Shown here in pieces: positions 47,780 through 60,574 of a DNA stretch of 64,000 bases. Position 1 is the stretch's first letter; the number at the start of each line of letters is the position of its first letter. This DNA comes from Ascidiella aspersa (Eukaryota), in contig OZ004612.1 in assembly GCA_963924565.1 (NCBI GenBank), positions 10,726,001 to 10,790,000 of the forward strand, in the 5' to 3' direction. Made by a program: the position numbers and the translations under genes. The notes under the pieces were generated by a model. That model searched no databases and was not told where the DNA came from. It was given only the letters and a program-made list of their open reading frames with translations.

Positions 47780-50700
47780 ATGATGACGTCACTTGGCACC
47801 GCAGTGGTTTCCTTGGCGCTCTTTGCTTGCGTCACACTTGTGGTGACGTCATGCACCGCCTGTACCAAGTTCCTGCAAAAGCGAAAGCAAAGTGAGTTCG
47901 TTTTTATAAAACCGTTTCTTTCAAATAACGTCTCTGGTTATAAAAGGCATTTTGCCAACGTTTTCTGCGGGAATGCGTCTGATTCACATTAAATCCGTCT
48001 ACAATAGCAAATAAAAAGTTGCCACTTGTGATTAGTAGTGGGTAATGCGTTTCAAATGGCCGTAGGAAGCTATTAGGAAGCTATAAGCTATTAAGACCCC
48101 TTCAGAAAATGTTAATATTGGCCAAGGTTAGTCAAACGCCTGATACGATGCAAGAGGTTGTTTATAATCTTTTTTTTTTTTTTTTTTTTTTGAATCTTGT
48201 TAAATCTGTCAAGAAAGGCTTCCTACGCTTAGCAAACCATAAACACAATTATTGCAACATTTTATTTTTAAAGTAAGCAACTCGTGTCAGGCCCTTGCAA
48301 CTTTACATATATCGTTTGTTCATAACACGCTGTTTTATCCTGAACAGAAAAAGCAGATCAAAAGAAAGACGAGGAAAAAGGTGAGATCGCGATGGAAGAG
48401 GCAGACGGATTGCAAAGTGGAAAAGATAATGAGGAGGACAGTGACAAGGGTAAGGAAAACGGGGTTACCAACGTCGCGTTCGAGTCCAATCCTCTGGAAG
48501 ACGATAATGGAAAGAAGAAGGCGAACGGGGATGCTCCGGCATTGAATGGAAGTCAAGATGAGGACCAGGTGAAAGAGGTGGAGGACTCGTCGGAAAAAAA
48601 GGTTCGTGTATTGAAGAGGTTAGCGATCGCAAAATGAAAAAGGGCGGACTATAGATGTATTTGATAAACCTATTTTAATAACAATAAAGGATTAGCTTGG
48701 TAATGAATTGCAAAGCCATAAAGTTCGAGTAGATCGACATCATCTTGATTAGGGCGTTTCGATACGAGCTTGTATCATCTTCAGATAATTATGTGGTATC
48801 AACTGAAGCTGATAAGGTCGTATCGAAACGTCTTAATCTGGATAATATCGATCTACTCGACCTTTTTGGCTTTGCAATTCATTATCAAGCTACATTACAG
48901 ATCCGTGCATAGAGTACCCAAATACAGGATTAATTTGATATTTTTAAATTTAATGCTAGAAATCCGGACAAAACTGAAACATAATTTTATAACAGTTGGT
49001 TGAAATATATTTTCGCTTACACTATCATATCATGGATAGCCTTTTGAGTGAAAGTATTAAAGTGGATTAGGTCACATTGATTTTTGAATATGTGACATTA
49101 TATACTGCCCTTTTAAAATATACCATAATAACGACTTCGGGTGATTATACCTAATACGTGACACTTGAATTAAACACAGATTACAAACGCCAATTGAACG
49201 AGAACCGCTTTCGCAGTACATCACACTATAGTTTGCAATGAGCTCGCCGTCGTGTTGCCAAACAAACAAACGTATTGTCGTGGCAAAAACGCCACTTTAG
49301 GGTAAACTTCGGCAGCTTTGCACCCACATTTACAAAACCATTCGCATTCCGTCGGTCTCTTTTATCGGGACCGCGCCGGGCCGGCCAACGATTAAAGATA
49401 ACGTGCCGCCGTGCTTCCAAGCGACATACTTACAGGCCTATAAAAGAATCGCGTGTCTATAATTCGCGTCATCCTACCCGCGTGTCGGGCAAACTATTGC
49501 GCGATGCCGACATGCCTTGAAATTTTATCGGCAGATCGATCGCTCTACCTTCACCGTATCGCAGGTTCTTATTGCTTTGAACCGCCCAAATGCAGTACGA
49601 AACAGGCTTGTCCGTCACAGTGAAACGAGTAAAAAGCGCTCGCGCTATGCGAACTCAACGTTTAGAGCAGCGTAAAGGTGGTGATAATGTTAGAAACCGT
49701 ACTCGTCATTTTCCGGCAGTCAAATATTAGAAAGCTGGAACCGTATCCTACCTGTGACAACGACAAAGAAAACCAGCCACTTTTTAGGGCCATAAATCTT
49801 TATGTTTGTGAACGGTATATTTTTTAAATTTTAATCATGTTTGGAAAGACAATGTTGCGACACGAGACTAAAGGGTTTGATTTCTAGTTAATATTTGTCA
49901 CACGCCACAACAGATTTTTTCATATTTTGGTTGGTATCTTGAAATAAACAGAAAAGAAAATATTCAAACTTATTTTATATTTCTTAACAATTTAGTCGCA
50001 TTGTCAACATGCCAAAAAAGTAATACGTTAAAATTCCAACGCAACTATACTTTTAGAAATACTTCACTCTGTTTATTTTGTACATTTTCATTTTAACAAT
50101 ATTTTGATTGTTGGGTTGTAAAACTTCCTGGGCGTTTATGAGGGGAATTTTATTGCATTTATTTTGCTTAAAGTTCTTATAACAACATCTGCAACTATAT
50201 ACCTCCTATTAGTAAAATGGAAATGTTTGTTGTTTTTTAGGAAACCAAGGCCCCAGATTCCGCGCGAACTGAAGACGAATCAAAAACGCAGACACAGGAA
50301 GTTAATCCGAAACTGGAGAGCGAGAGAGCAGAAACCAATGGAGACTGCCCGCCAGGCCATTGTACGTATTAGCCCTCTATAATGGTAGAGTATTTTTATT
50401 ATAGGGAACATTAAAATGACCAATTGCTGTCTGGACAAGCCTGATAAAGCGTTCTTTGACGTATAAAATTAACATACATCGCTTGCTTGGAATGCAGTTA
50501 ACGCTCAAAATGTTTAATAAGTGTTCTTTTGACTTTTTACCGAACGAGTCGATCGAGAGTCTCTAAAAAATATTTTAGTCGATCGTAATCAAACATAAGT
50601 TGGCTACACTTGCTTATAGCATCGAGGCACCTGCTATTTTAGGGTGGTTTCGGTGCCGATCCGATACCAAATTTGTTTAAGCATTTCAGCAAATCTTCTA

Positions 50701-52997
50701 CGAAACGAAACAGGTAATTGTAGCCTTTTCTTACTTAGGTTAAACTGGACAGAACATGTAATAGTTGCACCTAGAAGCACACAAACTTTGTATTGACCTG
50801 ATTGGTGTCAGATCGGAAGGTCGCACTTTATAAGAATTATGCACAACAATAAATATATATGTTAACATTTACAATTTGCAGATATATTTATTGAGCACAT
50901 TTCGTGAATAGAAACATTTCAAATTAAAGGCATATAGGAATATTTATAATGTATTAACGACACACTTTTTCGATTTAATCTTGGATTTCTCCATAACCGC
51001 ACCTCATCGCGCAACGCAGCGTTTAGTTTTTGGTGTGATGTCATTTTAAGGATGGACTCGGTCAGCAATGCACAACTTTTACTAGGCCGCGGGCTAAGTT
51101 TGCTTGAAAGTCGGTTCACTGACCAAAAATAAGCGAGCGTGGTCTCTAAAATATCGCTAAGGCAGACTGTTGGCAAAACATTCGTCGAACTGTTCGGTCT
51201 GTAGGTAATGTATGCGGTATATGATTTAAAAGTTGGCAAAACTGTATTTTTGAAATTTTTGAATTTATTAAAATTATGTTATACCCACGTTAAAATGCAC
51301 TCCCCGCAATACCAAAATTATTTTTTGTTAAATGGCATAGTGTTTAAATCATTATCCTAATCGATTTGCCTGCGGCATTAGCTGCAATTTTTCGTGTTAA
51401 AAATACCTTTAAATAGTAAACAGCAATCCAATAGGAGTGAACGCTATCGAAATCAAGATATAGTCTGTATATATTTCCGTAAGCGATTTTTTAAACATTT
51501 TGAATGTTTAGTTTACTGCTACACCCCAAGTTGAATATGTTGAGGGAAAAATCGTAAAAAATTGAATACAATGCAATCTGGTGAAAGAAGGAATGCACTT
51601 AATATATATAAAGGCCTTAAATAAAAATTAACAACTTACAAAAAAAGCTCATTTTTATAATACATTTAACTACCAATAAAGAGCTTTCGCCATAGTGTTA
51701 CGATCACGGGCTGCAAATGCAAAATGCCTTAAAGGTGCATAACATTGGGGTTGAAAATGCAGAACATCAAGGCTAAGCTAGAGAAGGCGTTTGTATACAG
51801 GCGAGGAGCGATGCTAGAGTTTCGGCTTTCCTTTTACACAACTTTTCAACAACTTTCCGTGCAACAGATTGCGACGGTCCCGAAGATGCGTTCGAGGACG
51901 AGACACACCCGGGTGACCCCAGATCCCCTCAAACCCACCGGGACTCGATCCCCACATTCTCCCTGCGTCCGTCCGACGTCGAGGACTTCTCGTACGTGGT
52001 TGGCGACAGCGAGTGCCAAAACAGCATTATGGAGGAGTCGGCACCCACCCAAGACGCCGCTCCTCCTTCGAAGATCCTCACAGACGAGGAGAACCTCTCG
52101 AGATTCGACGGCGTGCTGATCCGCGGAGGATGGAGAAGGAGCGTTAAGCTTCGCGACCTCCTGGACCTCAAGCTAATCGATGCGAGAACAGCAGATGACG
52201 TTAAGAAGACACTGGAGGAGCTCAGTGATGAGGAGAAGATGTCAACGGTGCCGGTCGATTTGAAACCGATTCTTGTCGGCAAGAGTCCGATCGCCGGGAT
52301 TCTGGTTTCCGAGACTGGCGACAAGCAGTCGGTATACCGGGCGGCCAAGGACGGCATCATCCGACGAGGAACGGCCATCAGTCTCCTGGAGGCACAGGCC
52401 GCTAGCGGGAGCATAATCGACCCGTTGACCGGGAGGAAGATGTCCGTGACCGAAGCTTCTCAGTTGGGACTGCTCGACAAGGTCTACGAGACGGTTGTGT
52501 CGCGCGCCGAAAGGGCAGTGACCGGCTACAAGTCGCGCGTCTCCGACGACGTGCTGTCTCTCGGCCAAGCGATGGAACGCGGTCTAGTAATGGAATCGCA
52601 CGGCGTTCGCCTTCTCGAAGCCCAGCTTGCCACCGGAGGCGTTATTGACCACAAAATCAATGCGCGACTTCCGCTAGACGTCGCCGTGGAGCGAGGCTTG
52701 TTGGATCGCCGAGTTGCTGACATCGTGGCTGCGGCCTGCGCTGATAAGCCAATGGACGAGCTATCCGGCGAGCTGAAGACCTTTTTTGATCCCAACACGG
52801 AAGAGAACGTCACCTACAGCGAGCTGATGCGGAGGAGCATGGTGGACGCCGACACTGGGATGCGACTTTATCCTTTGGAGAAGATCGGCAAGGGACGCTA
52901 CAACTACTCGGGTCACTCCGGCCGTTCGAGCCTGGCTTCGTCCAGGGCTAGCAGCCGGGAAAGTATTCCGGCCGCCGTGGCCGCTTCATCGCCTTGA
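47780..52997 (+). CDS. Small plakin-repeat (plectin/desmoplakin-type PRD) protein with N-terminal transmembrane segment; 4 exons, 538 aa
   Basis: Exons 47780-47891, 48348-48601, 50241-50361, 51868-52997 (1617 nt, intron phases 1, 0, 1 match, all GT-AG). The last exon has clear plectin repeats: PIAGIL...LLEAQAASGSIIDP..., AERAVTGYK, RLLEAQLATGGVID, KTFFDPNTEENVTYSELMRR...DTGMRLYPL. The PRD exon is high confidence; its joining to the three upstream exons is inferred. Confidence 0.82.
48691..48892. mobile_element. Second inverted pair of the hammerhead-core repeat
   Basis: Minus arm about 48691-48790 (CTGAAGATGATACAAGCTCGTATCGAAACGCC) and plus arm about 48798-48892 (CTGAAGCTGATAAGGTCGTATCGAAACGTC). 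Both align with 14233-14331. Confidence 0.65.
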
Positions 52998-53958
52998 AGT
53001 TGTTTGGAAATCGTTGGAAGGACCGCCAAGCAACGGATCGAGGAGCGAAGGCTGGACTTACTATGTTCTTGTCACCTTCCTTACATTACAGTCGCTCCGT
53101 TTTGCGCTCACCTTACGACTCTAATAGTTAATTAAACCAAAATATGTTGTTTATCTAAAGTCAATTTTGTGCAGCATTTATCGATAAATCAATGCGATTT
53201 TCTCATACCGCACCCGCTTTATCACAACGTAGCTGGCAATTTGAAGGTAAATCTTGAAGCAAAATATTTTTTTTTAAATCATGAATTTTCTCTGCGAGCG
53301 CGCAAGACTTTATTGCTGGCAAAAGTTGGGTGCAATGTAAATTTGTAAAAACAAACAGTTTCGTTAGATGCACATCTCTATGCCGGGACATTACTAACTC
53401 GTTTATAAAAAGTAAGTTATGCTGATCATCACATATTCATTGTGCATTTGTTGTGACAATTTTGTCTGCCTTAATAGTTAACTTGAATGTTTTTTTGTTT
53501 AATTGGGTACTTCGGAACATAATGTAAACTGTTGAATCCTGGCAAGGTTAAAACAATAAGAGAATCATTGGTTAAAACAACTTTTTTTTTTATAATTGAA
53601 CTTCAAGTTTGTTGGTAGAAATTAGCCTTGATTTGACTAAAAGTGCAAAATAATACTAATTGTTTGTGGAGAAACAGTTTTGTTTGATTGTACCAACTAC
53701 CGACCATAAATTAATAAAGTTGCCTAAAAGTCACTAAAGAATATCAAAACTTGAAAAAGGAAAAGTTGAACTAAACCTGTTGTTTATTTTGTGTATTGTA
53801 TATTTTATAACTTTTAACGTTTAGTTGAAATATGTTGGATTAAAGCTTGTTTCCAAATCATATCTCTATTATGCTAGGTGTTATAACAACCTCACAAAGG
53901 TATTAATTTGCTGCAATATTAGTTTAATAATTTTGCTGCTGTCAAAGTTGAATAAACA

Positions 53959-54225
53959 GCAAGTCAAGTCCCAGTCAAGTCATAATTAGACCAAGTCAAA
54001 TTCAAATCAAGTTGTCATAAAAATAAAACGTTAACTATTGAAATTGATAAACTCGTTAGGTTATGGGCAAAAACTTTTAAAAACAATTGCCTAATGAGAA
54101 CACATTTGAACCCAAGTCATTTGTCAAAAAAAGTTGAATTGTCCAAAAGACTCATGTCAAGTCATTTGAAAAGAGTTACTTGAGTGAGTCACTTAGAGTC
54201 ACTTAGGTAAAGCCATTGACTTAAT
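53959..54225. repeat. Degenerate CAAGTC-rich repeat (probable MITE remnant)
   Basis: Clustered CAAGTC/GACTT motifs. Confidence 0.4.
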
Positions 54226-55829
54226 TCCATTACAAAACTGATCTGCTGTATTTAATAACAACCGCTACAAATGTTTCAGGACCTGGATTGTAGGAAGTTA
54301 GAAAAAATAAATGATTTTACTGCGGGTCAGTCGAGCACATTTGCAATACGGGAGAGAACAACAGATTTGTCATTGAATGAACCCAAATGACCGCAACTCC
54401 CTTTTTTCCTTATCGGGCTAAACCAAGCTATAAAAGGTTGTAGTATCCGTATTGCAATTTCTCTGTATTTCAGTGTCACTAAGGCGACTATAGGCCGCCC
54501 TATGTGCCTATATGTTTAAAGCAAAAAAAGAGAGTTACACATTCAAATTGTGTCATTTTCAACAAATGGAAGGTAATGCCAAATATAACAAACAGCGAGC
54601 AAGTCTTAAACGTGTAAAAAAACGAGGTACATGACCACTTTTTCTAAAATGTATTTAATAAGCGCAGTTAAGTCAAGCAAAAGTCATTTGGCCAAATAGG
54701 CAAATCAACTGTTGTGATGTAGTCTAAATACAGTGACCCTATTGCAATTGCTGAAGTAAGTCATAACAACCCTGGAAAAAGTCCATTAAAAACTACTGCA
54801 GTTTAGTTTAATTTTGATCCTCTTGCCAGACTCTGTATTTTTGCTGCTAATTATTTTCGTTTTTGTGTAAAGGAATTGTGTGAACGACTCTTGCCAAGTG
54901 GTCTGGCTTTCAATGGAACGCAAAGTCTGCTTGACCAACAAATCTAGATTATCTGAGCTTAATAAAGCTTGAAGTATTTCCTTTCCAAATGCACTTATTG
55001 GCCAATTGGCGTCAACACCAGCTCATGGCTTAACCCCGGGTGGGTCAGAGCAATAGTTTATTGGGTTTGCAGTTTGCAGCAGAGGTTTTGCAGCATTCAG
55101 TTTCTGCAACAGGGAATGGTGATTGGCGAACCAGTTTCATCTTCATATTTATTATTTGATTAATGTAATACTAGCCTGAGTATGCTTTTGAAAGTTAAAG
55201 GCTACTTATGTAAGTTTCCCAACTCTACGTATTTTACAAGCGGAAGGGGCGTGGTGTAATAAATTTGTCAGAATTATAAACTGGCGTTACAAATAGGCAA
55301 TAAGGTAAAGTTCGTTAAAGTTGACAACAGCCAAGCTGTAAGTTGGTAAAGACAACAACATCGAAAAAGTCTATTTTTAATTGCCTTTGGTTGCAGGTAT
55401 GCTCATTAGTGGGTGTAGGTCATTTAACTGGATTCAAGTTTCAATGTTACGTAAGACACCCGCAGCGTCATTTGGTAAATATTTGATTCTGTTAAGGCCC
55501 AATTAATGTCGCGAGATCGCTGGATAACATAAGATGCGATGCAGCTAGCGCAATGACGAATATAGGAAGGTAATTTATACAAGGGCGTTGTCCATTTATT
55601 TGGCGTTAACCTTCATAGAAAAGTTATATGAGCACTTCAGAATTTACCGTTAAGTCCTCTACATCACAACTCATGAGAGGTTTTAAAAAATGCTGTTTTG
55701 TAGCCGAGCTCTAATCTGCGAAAGGGTACAGTGCGAATATATGCGCTCCCACTTTGTTGGATTAATACACGCCGGTTTACAACGAAGTATTTCTTGCTTT
55801 TACTCAGCCTGTCAGCCCAGCCACCGCCT

Positions 55830-56075
55830 TTCGGTGCAAAACAGCGCTGCCGCGCGATTGGTGCGCGCCGGTGCGTGACGCCAGCCGCGATCAGCTGATC
55901 CGAGCACGAGCGAAGCGTGTTTACGAATTAATGCGCCTGCCTGAAAGCCACAGGAAAAGCGTGGGACGCAGCCTGTGGACAACAAAGAATAGTGCTTGGC
56001 TGTGAGCAGTCAAGTGGAGGCTATAAAAGGGTCCCAAAAAACGCTACATTACCTGAGATTGTTGTCTTTTGCAGG
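55830..56075 (+). promoter_or_regulatory. Candidate TATA promoter of an unidentified downstream transcript
   Basis: CpG-rich block with palindromic GATCAGCTGATC (E-box), CTATAAAAG at 56021-56029, and a CAG/GTAGGC donor-like site about 50 nt downstream. Confidence 0.35.
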
Positions 56076-56349
56076 TAGGCTGGACCGAATGCCAGTCTTT
56101 GTGTCGACATAATAAAGATGTACAATTTTAATGTCAACGTCTCGGTTGTATGACGTCCTTCAGTTGTAGTTCACTGAATTATGTCGAAAGAGTGTTGGCA
56201 ACTTTTTGAAAACAGATACATTTTGACATGTATAAATCGATGTAACATTATCTCCTATCTACGTAAAACGTTAGTCCTGAAAAAGTGTCTTGTGCCCTGG
56301 AAACGTTATCAAACATAGGTTAAAATTTCGTATTATGTGCTACAGTAGG

Positions 56350-56756
56350 CCTAGTGTAAAACTCGAGTTTTACTTAGGGCCGCATAGGATAATTTGAGTA
56401 CCTCAGCGGGCCGCACCAACATAACTAAGAAACGAAAACTATTTTATAATTAATTACATTTATTGTATATGTAGTGTACCTATAGATATGTATACCGTAG
56501 TAGCAGCATTCATAAAAACAAATAGTATGGCTTCGGCAGCCACTCAATTGTGTTAAGCTTCGAAAGTGCAACTGTTTTTCACAACACTAAAAATGATTTT
56601 TTATGTTGAAATTTTCGGATGTTTAACAATAAAATTGTATAAAAATAGCAAATCCACCAATTTAAGACAGTATTTTACATGTCAAAACATAATATAAAAA
56701 ATAAAAGTATTACGCTGGGCGCATGTGGCCCGGATGCCACAAGTTTGACACACCTG
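56350..56756. mobile_element. Degenerate hAT-type MITE
   Basis: Right end GTTTGACACACCTG with subterminal GGGCCGCA/TGTGGCCC motifs; the left end is decayed. Confidence 0.5.
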
Positions 56757-59700
56757 GTTTAGACCGATATTCTTATTTTTAAAAGGTCAAACTGGCCAAG
56801 TTTATAATAAATAGTTAGATTTTATTTGTTTGTAGGTAATTAGCAAATATCAATAGTGTCAAAAATACGCAGATTCGATTATATTTGTGTGTTGAAACCT
56901 CGCGGTATTTTAGCGGTACAAATCTAAAAGTGAGTCAGCTTGATTTGAACATGCAAACAATGTCGCACCTAATGGTCCTGAGCCGGTCGCCAGTTTGACA
57001 CCTAAAAATTACTTTCCCAGAACCAAAGCTTGCGTATAATGAGGAATCAAAAAGTGTAAGTCGGCCATCACCGATAATAAAAGACTTTTATTAAAATATA
57101 GTAGGTGAATTGGCCCGGGATATATTATTACCAGCCAACTGGCCTGGAATGAATATTTGACCCAATCGTTGTGTTATGCTCAATGTGTAAACAGAAAATT
57201 GTAGATCAAAGTTTGAATAAGGTTGCTGCCATTGTGCACGCGAAGTGCGTTTGAGTCTCGTGGGTTAAAAGTCGAAAAAAGGGTTAGACTAGCTGATGCA
57301 AGCTTGGTTACTTTTTTGTTAAAAAGTTCCAAAAGTAACTGGGAACTGAATATTAAGAGGTGGCGACGAATATGACGTGTATTGATCCTACTAATATAAC
57401 TTTAAGTTACTTCAGATTTTTGGTATAATTTTACTGTAAAAGCATAATCGGCTGTGTGAAAAACAAAGTTTTTAACCACATATTAAAAACTTTTAAATAC
57501 CAAAGTGCATTTTTAACTTAATCGACGTGATTCATTTGTATTAGTTTGAATGATTTGATGATTTTTGAAATGATTTTTGTCGGTCTGTGTGTTGTTGCAG
57601 TTCTAAAACTAAAACTTGTTTTGATTTATATATAACAGCTGGGTCCAATCGCGCTTGTCCCAAACTACGCTTAACAATGTAGTTTGTTAGCCTGGACAAA
57701 GTTCAAAAGTAAATCTGTCATCGTCACTGAATAACTTTGGTATAATACCGAGACCTAGTACGTGATACTCAACAGGGATTCTAATAGAGTTGGACACATG
57801 AATACCCTATGTTTCTTTATGCAGATAAGTACAGTATAGTATACGAAATTCGTTGGCAACCGCAAATCTGGTAAGTAGAGTTCGGTAGAGCGTTATATTC
57901 TAAATAAGTTTCTATCGCGGTTGATTATTTTTTTTTATTGTTTCTATGGCCATTGTAAGCAGGCTATTTTAGACGGACTGTCCCTTTAAGCGATCGTGAA
58001 AGGTTCCCGTTCCCCCTTCCTAATACAATGGCCGGCAGAAGTAAATAAAATCGTAAGAATAGGAATTAAACTCAGTGTATTTATAACTTACGTGTTGAAT
58101 GCATATATTAAATACGTTCAACAATGTTTACAACACACAAACAATCAGTCAATTTACTAATGGAGATTTTGTTGTTGTTTTTAGTGAAATATGCATTCTT
58201 TACAAATATGCCTAAATAGCGCATAACTTCACACTGCCTACAGTACCCCCCAGCGTATCGGTTATTTTAAAAGCGACAATGTTATAACCTGATGTTATGT
58301 GAAAGGCTGCAATATGTATTCTATATACACGCTTCTAATACTGTATATGCCGTTTCGTTTTCGAGTGTTTCGACAACCGCAAGAATAAGATCCCTTAATT
58401 TACGTGTGACGCACAGCAGACCTTTGGTTTCGTTTAAGGCTTTTGCAAACGTATAGCCTGTGACGTCTCGTTAACTTCCTGTGTGAGATAGCCTTTGCAA
58501 TAAATCAACATATTAATAACAGATTGCAATATTAAGCTAATTGCCTAGTATTTTGTTACCAACGTTTAAACTATAGGGATGCCCGGCATCCGATCCGATT
58601 CCAAATGACATCATAGCTATGCTGAAACGAGTAATAGGTAAAAGTAAATCGTTCAAAGGTATTTTTGGGGTTGTTAGTCCACAGTTTGCTTCAGGGTTAA
58701 GAAGTTAGGTCCGCTGGAATGGTTAAACTACTCTTTTTTTGTTAATTTACCCAGCAAGGTAGAAATCGCTGTTTTGCATCGCAAATTATGCCTTTTTTTT
58801 CTTTTTTTCTAAATTAATCCAGGATGCGGGTCGGCACCAGTATCAGGCGCTGGTTTTGAAATTTGGTTTGGGGGGAGGGCATGACACTTGGAGATGTGTA
58901 ATTGGTGCAACAAGTTGCAAGGGGCAATATAGTGGTATATTTTTTCTGTTGTTACTGTTATTTTTTACTTGTTACTGTTATTGGTTACTTGCCGGCCATT
59001 CGATTTGTTAACACGTCGGGCACCGAGCAGCGTGTGTCATAGCTGTACGGTCCTGCGAAACCGGCGAACCGGTGCTCACAGCTTGTTGTGATGCACATGC
59101 CCTTTGTTTGCTGACAAAAACGCCGGTCTAACGTCACGTGCGAAACAAGCGTCGCGTGTTTAGTTTTATTGTGCGGGCAAATATGCTGACACCATTAGAG
59201 TGTAGGGACAGGCCCGATATGGTTAAAACGCTTGCTGTCTTGAAGCATCGTGTGCGAATTGCTTCGCTTGCTGAACAGTCAAATAGAATTTCAAATGTTG
59301 CCCAGCTAAGCAGTTGACCAGAGTTTTACGAGGGTGTAGATTAAAAGTGCACCTGTGAAAGAGTTAGTGTTTTCGGTAATGTTTGGATATCTACCAGCCT
59401 ACATTTTAGCACGGACAGTTTAAATAAGACGTTAGCTGAGATTCATTCATGTCGCTCCAGATTAAAAAACAAATGGCACAGGCTAAAATTCATTGTACGA
59501 ACTGTTGGAACCTGTTATTATTAGATGGGCCTCCCTCAATATGATATGCGGTGGTGCTTAAGGTCAAGATCACGTCGTTGGATTGTCCGGGTCGGTTTTC
59601 ATTTGGTCCTAAAAATATCTCGACGACCGTTTTCGAGGGATTAAGTTCCACAATGTTGCAGGTGTCCTAATGACTATTATGATTAAGGATGTCTGAAACT

Positions 59701-60285
59701 TACATTCCGATACCGATGCCAAGATTTTTAACAAAAGCAGCACGATTGGAAACCGATACTAAATTACGCCATTCTAATCTTCAAATAATTATAATCGATC
59801 AAATCTGTGTATTATAATGATTTCATAATTGGTCAAATTTGTAGTGATTTTCATGGTTTGAGACCGAAATTTACTTTTGGGTAAGGAAGGATATTTATCT
59901 TCGATTTCGGTTATCGGATCATCGGGTATCGGCTCCGATCCGATATTATCAGTCATCTCTATTATGATGCGGTCGTTGTCTTTGTTGCCGCCGCAAATTA
60001 ACCTACAAAAAAAAAACAGGAAATCAAAACCGCTGTCTCGATGCACGAAATTTCGACATCGCTCATTTGCGTTTTGGAACGCTCGTTAAAAGAAAACCTA
60101 CGCCGCCGAATATAGGGGGGCAGCCCCAGCAATAAACAATCGAAAAACCCCGGAGCGCCTGCCCACGCGGGCACATGACACTCAAGGCAAATACAGCCGA
60201 CAAACCAAATGTTGCAATCCCATCAATCCTTGCGCAAGGTTGCGTGGGTGGCTGTGCGCGATTGCGACGTTTCATCTCTATAGGT

Positions 60286-60574
60286 CAGTGGTTCTCAACC
60301 GGGGTGCCGCGGCATCCTTGAGTGCCGTTTCTAATGCTCAAGGGTGCGGGGAGACATTAGGAAATCTTTACGAATGTAATTTTTGCTCAACTCTTAGAAC
60401 TTTTTGTGTACGATTATAGTGAAATAAATCCAATTATAACTTCCTACGTTGTGTAGAGCTGATGTGTGTTTGTGACATTCTAGTGAATTACCGACGAAAA
60501 ATCTTATAGGGGTTCCGCAATATATTTATTATTTCTGGAGAGTGCCGTTAACCATAAAAGCCTGAGAAACACTG
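60286..60574. mobile_element. hAT-type MITE (~290 bp), second copy of the 36134-36436 family in opposite orientation
   Basis: CAGTGGTTCTCAACCGGGGTGCCGCGGCA...AACTTCCTACGTTGTGTAGAG...TGAGAAACACTG. Confidence 0.85.

Noticed and set aside
51868-52997. 3' end of a conventional giant plectin/desmoplakin gene
   Set aside because: No rod, plakin or spectrin exons are visible upstream, a complete same-strand RADIL gene lies upstream, and three small exons splice in frame to give a full short model.
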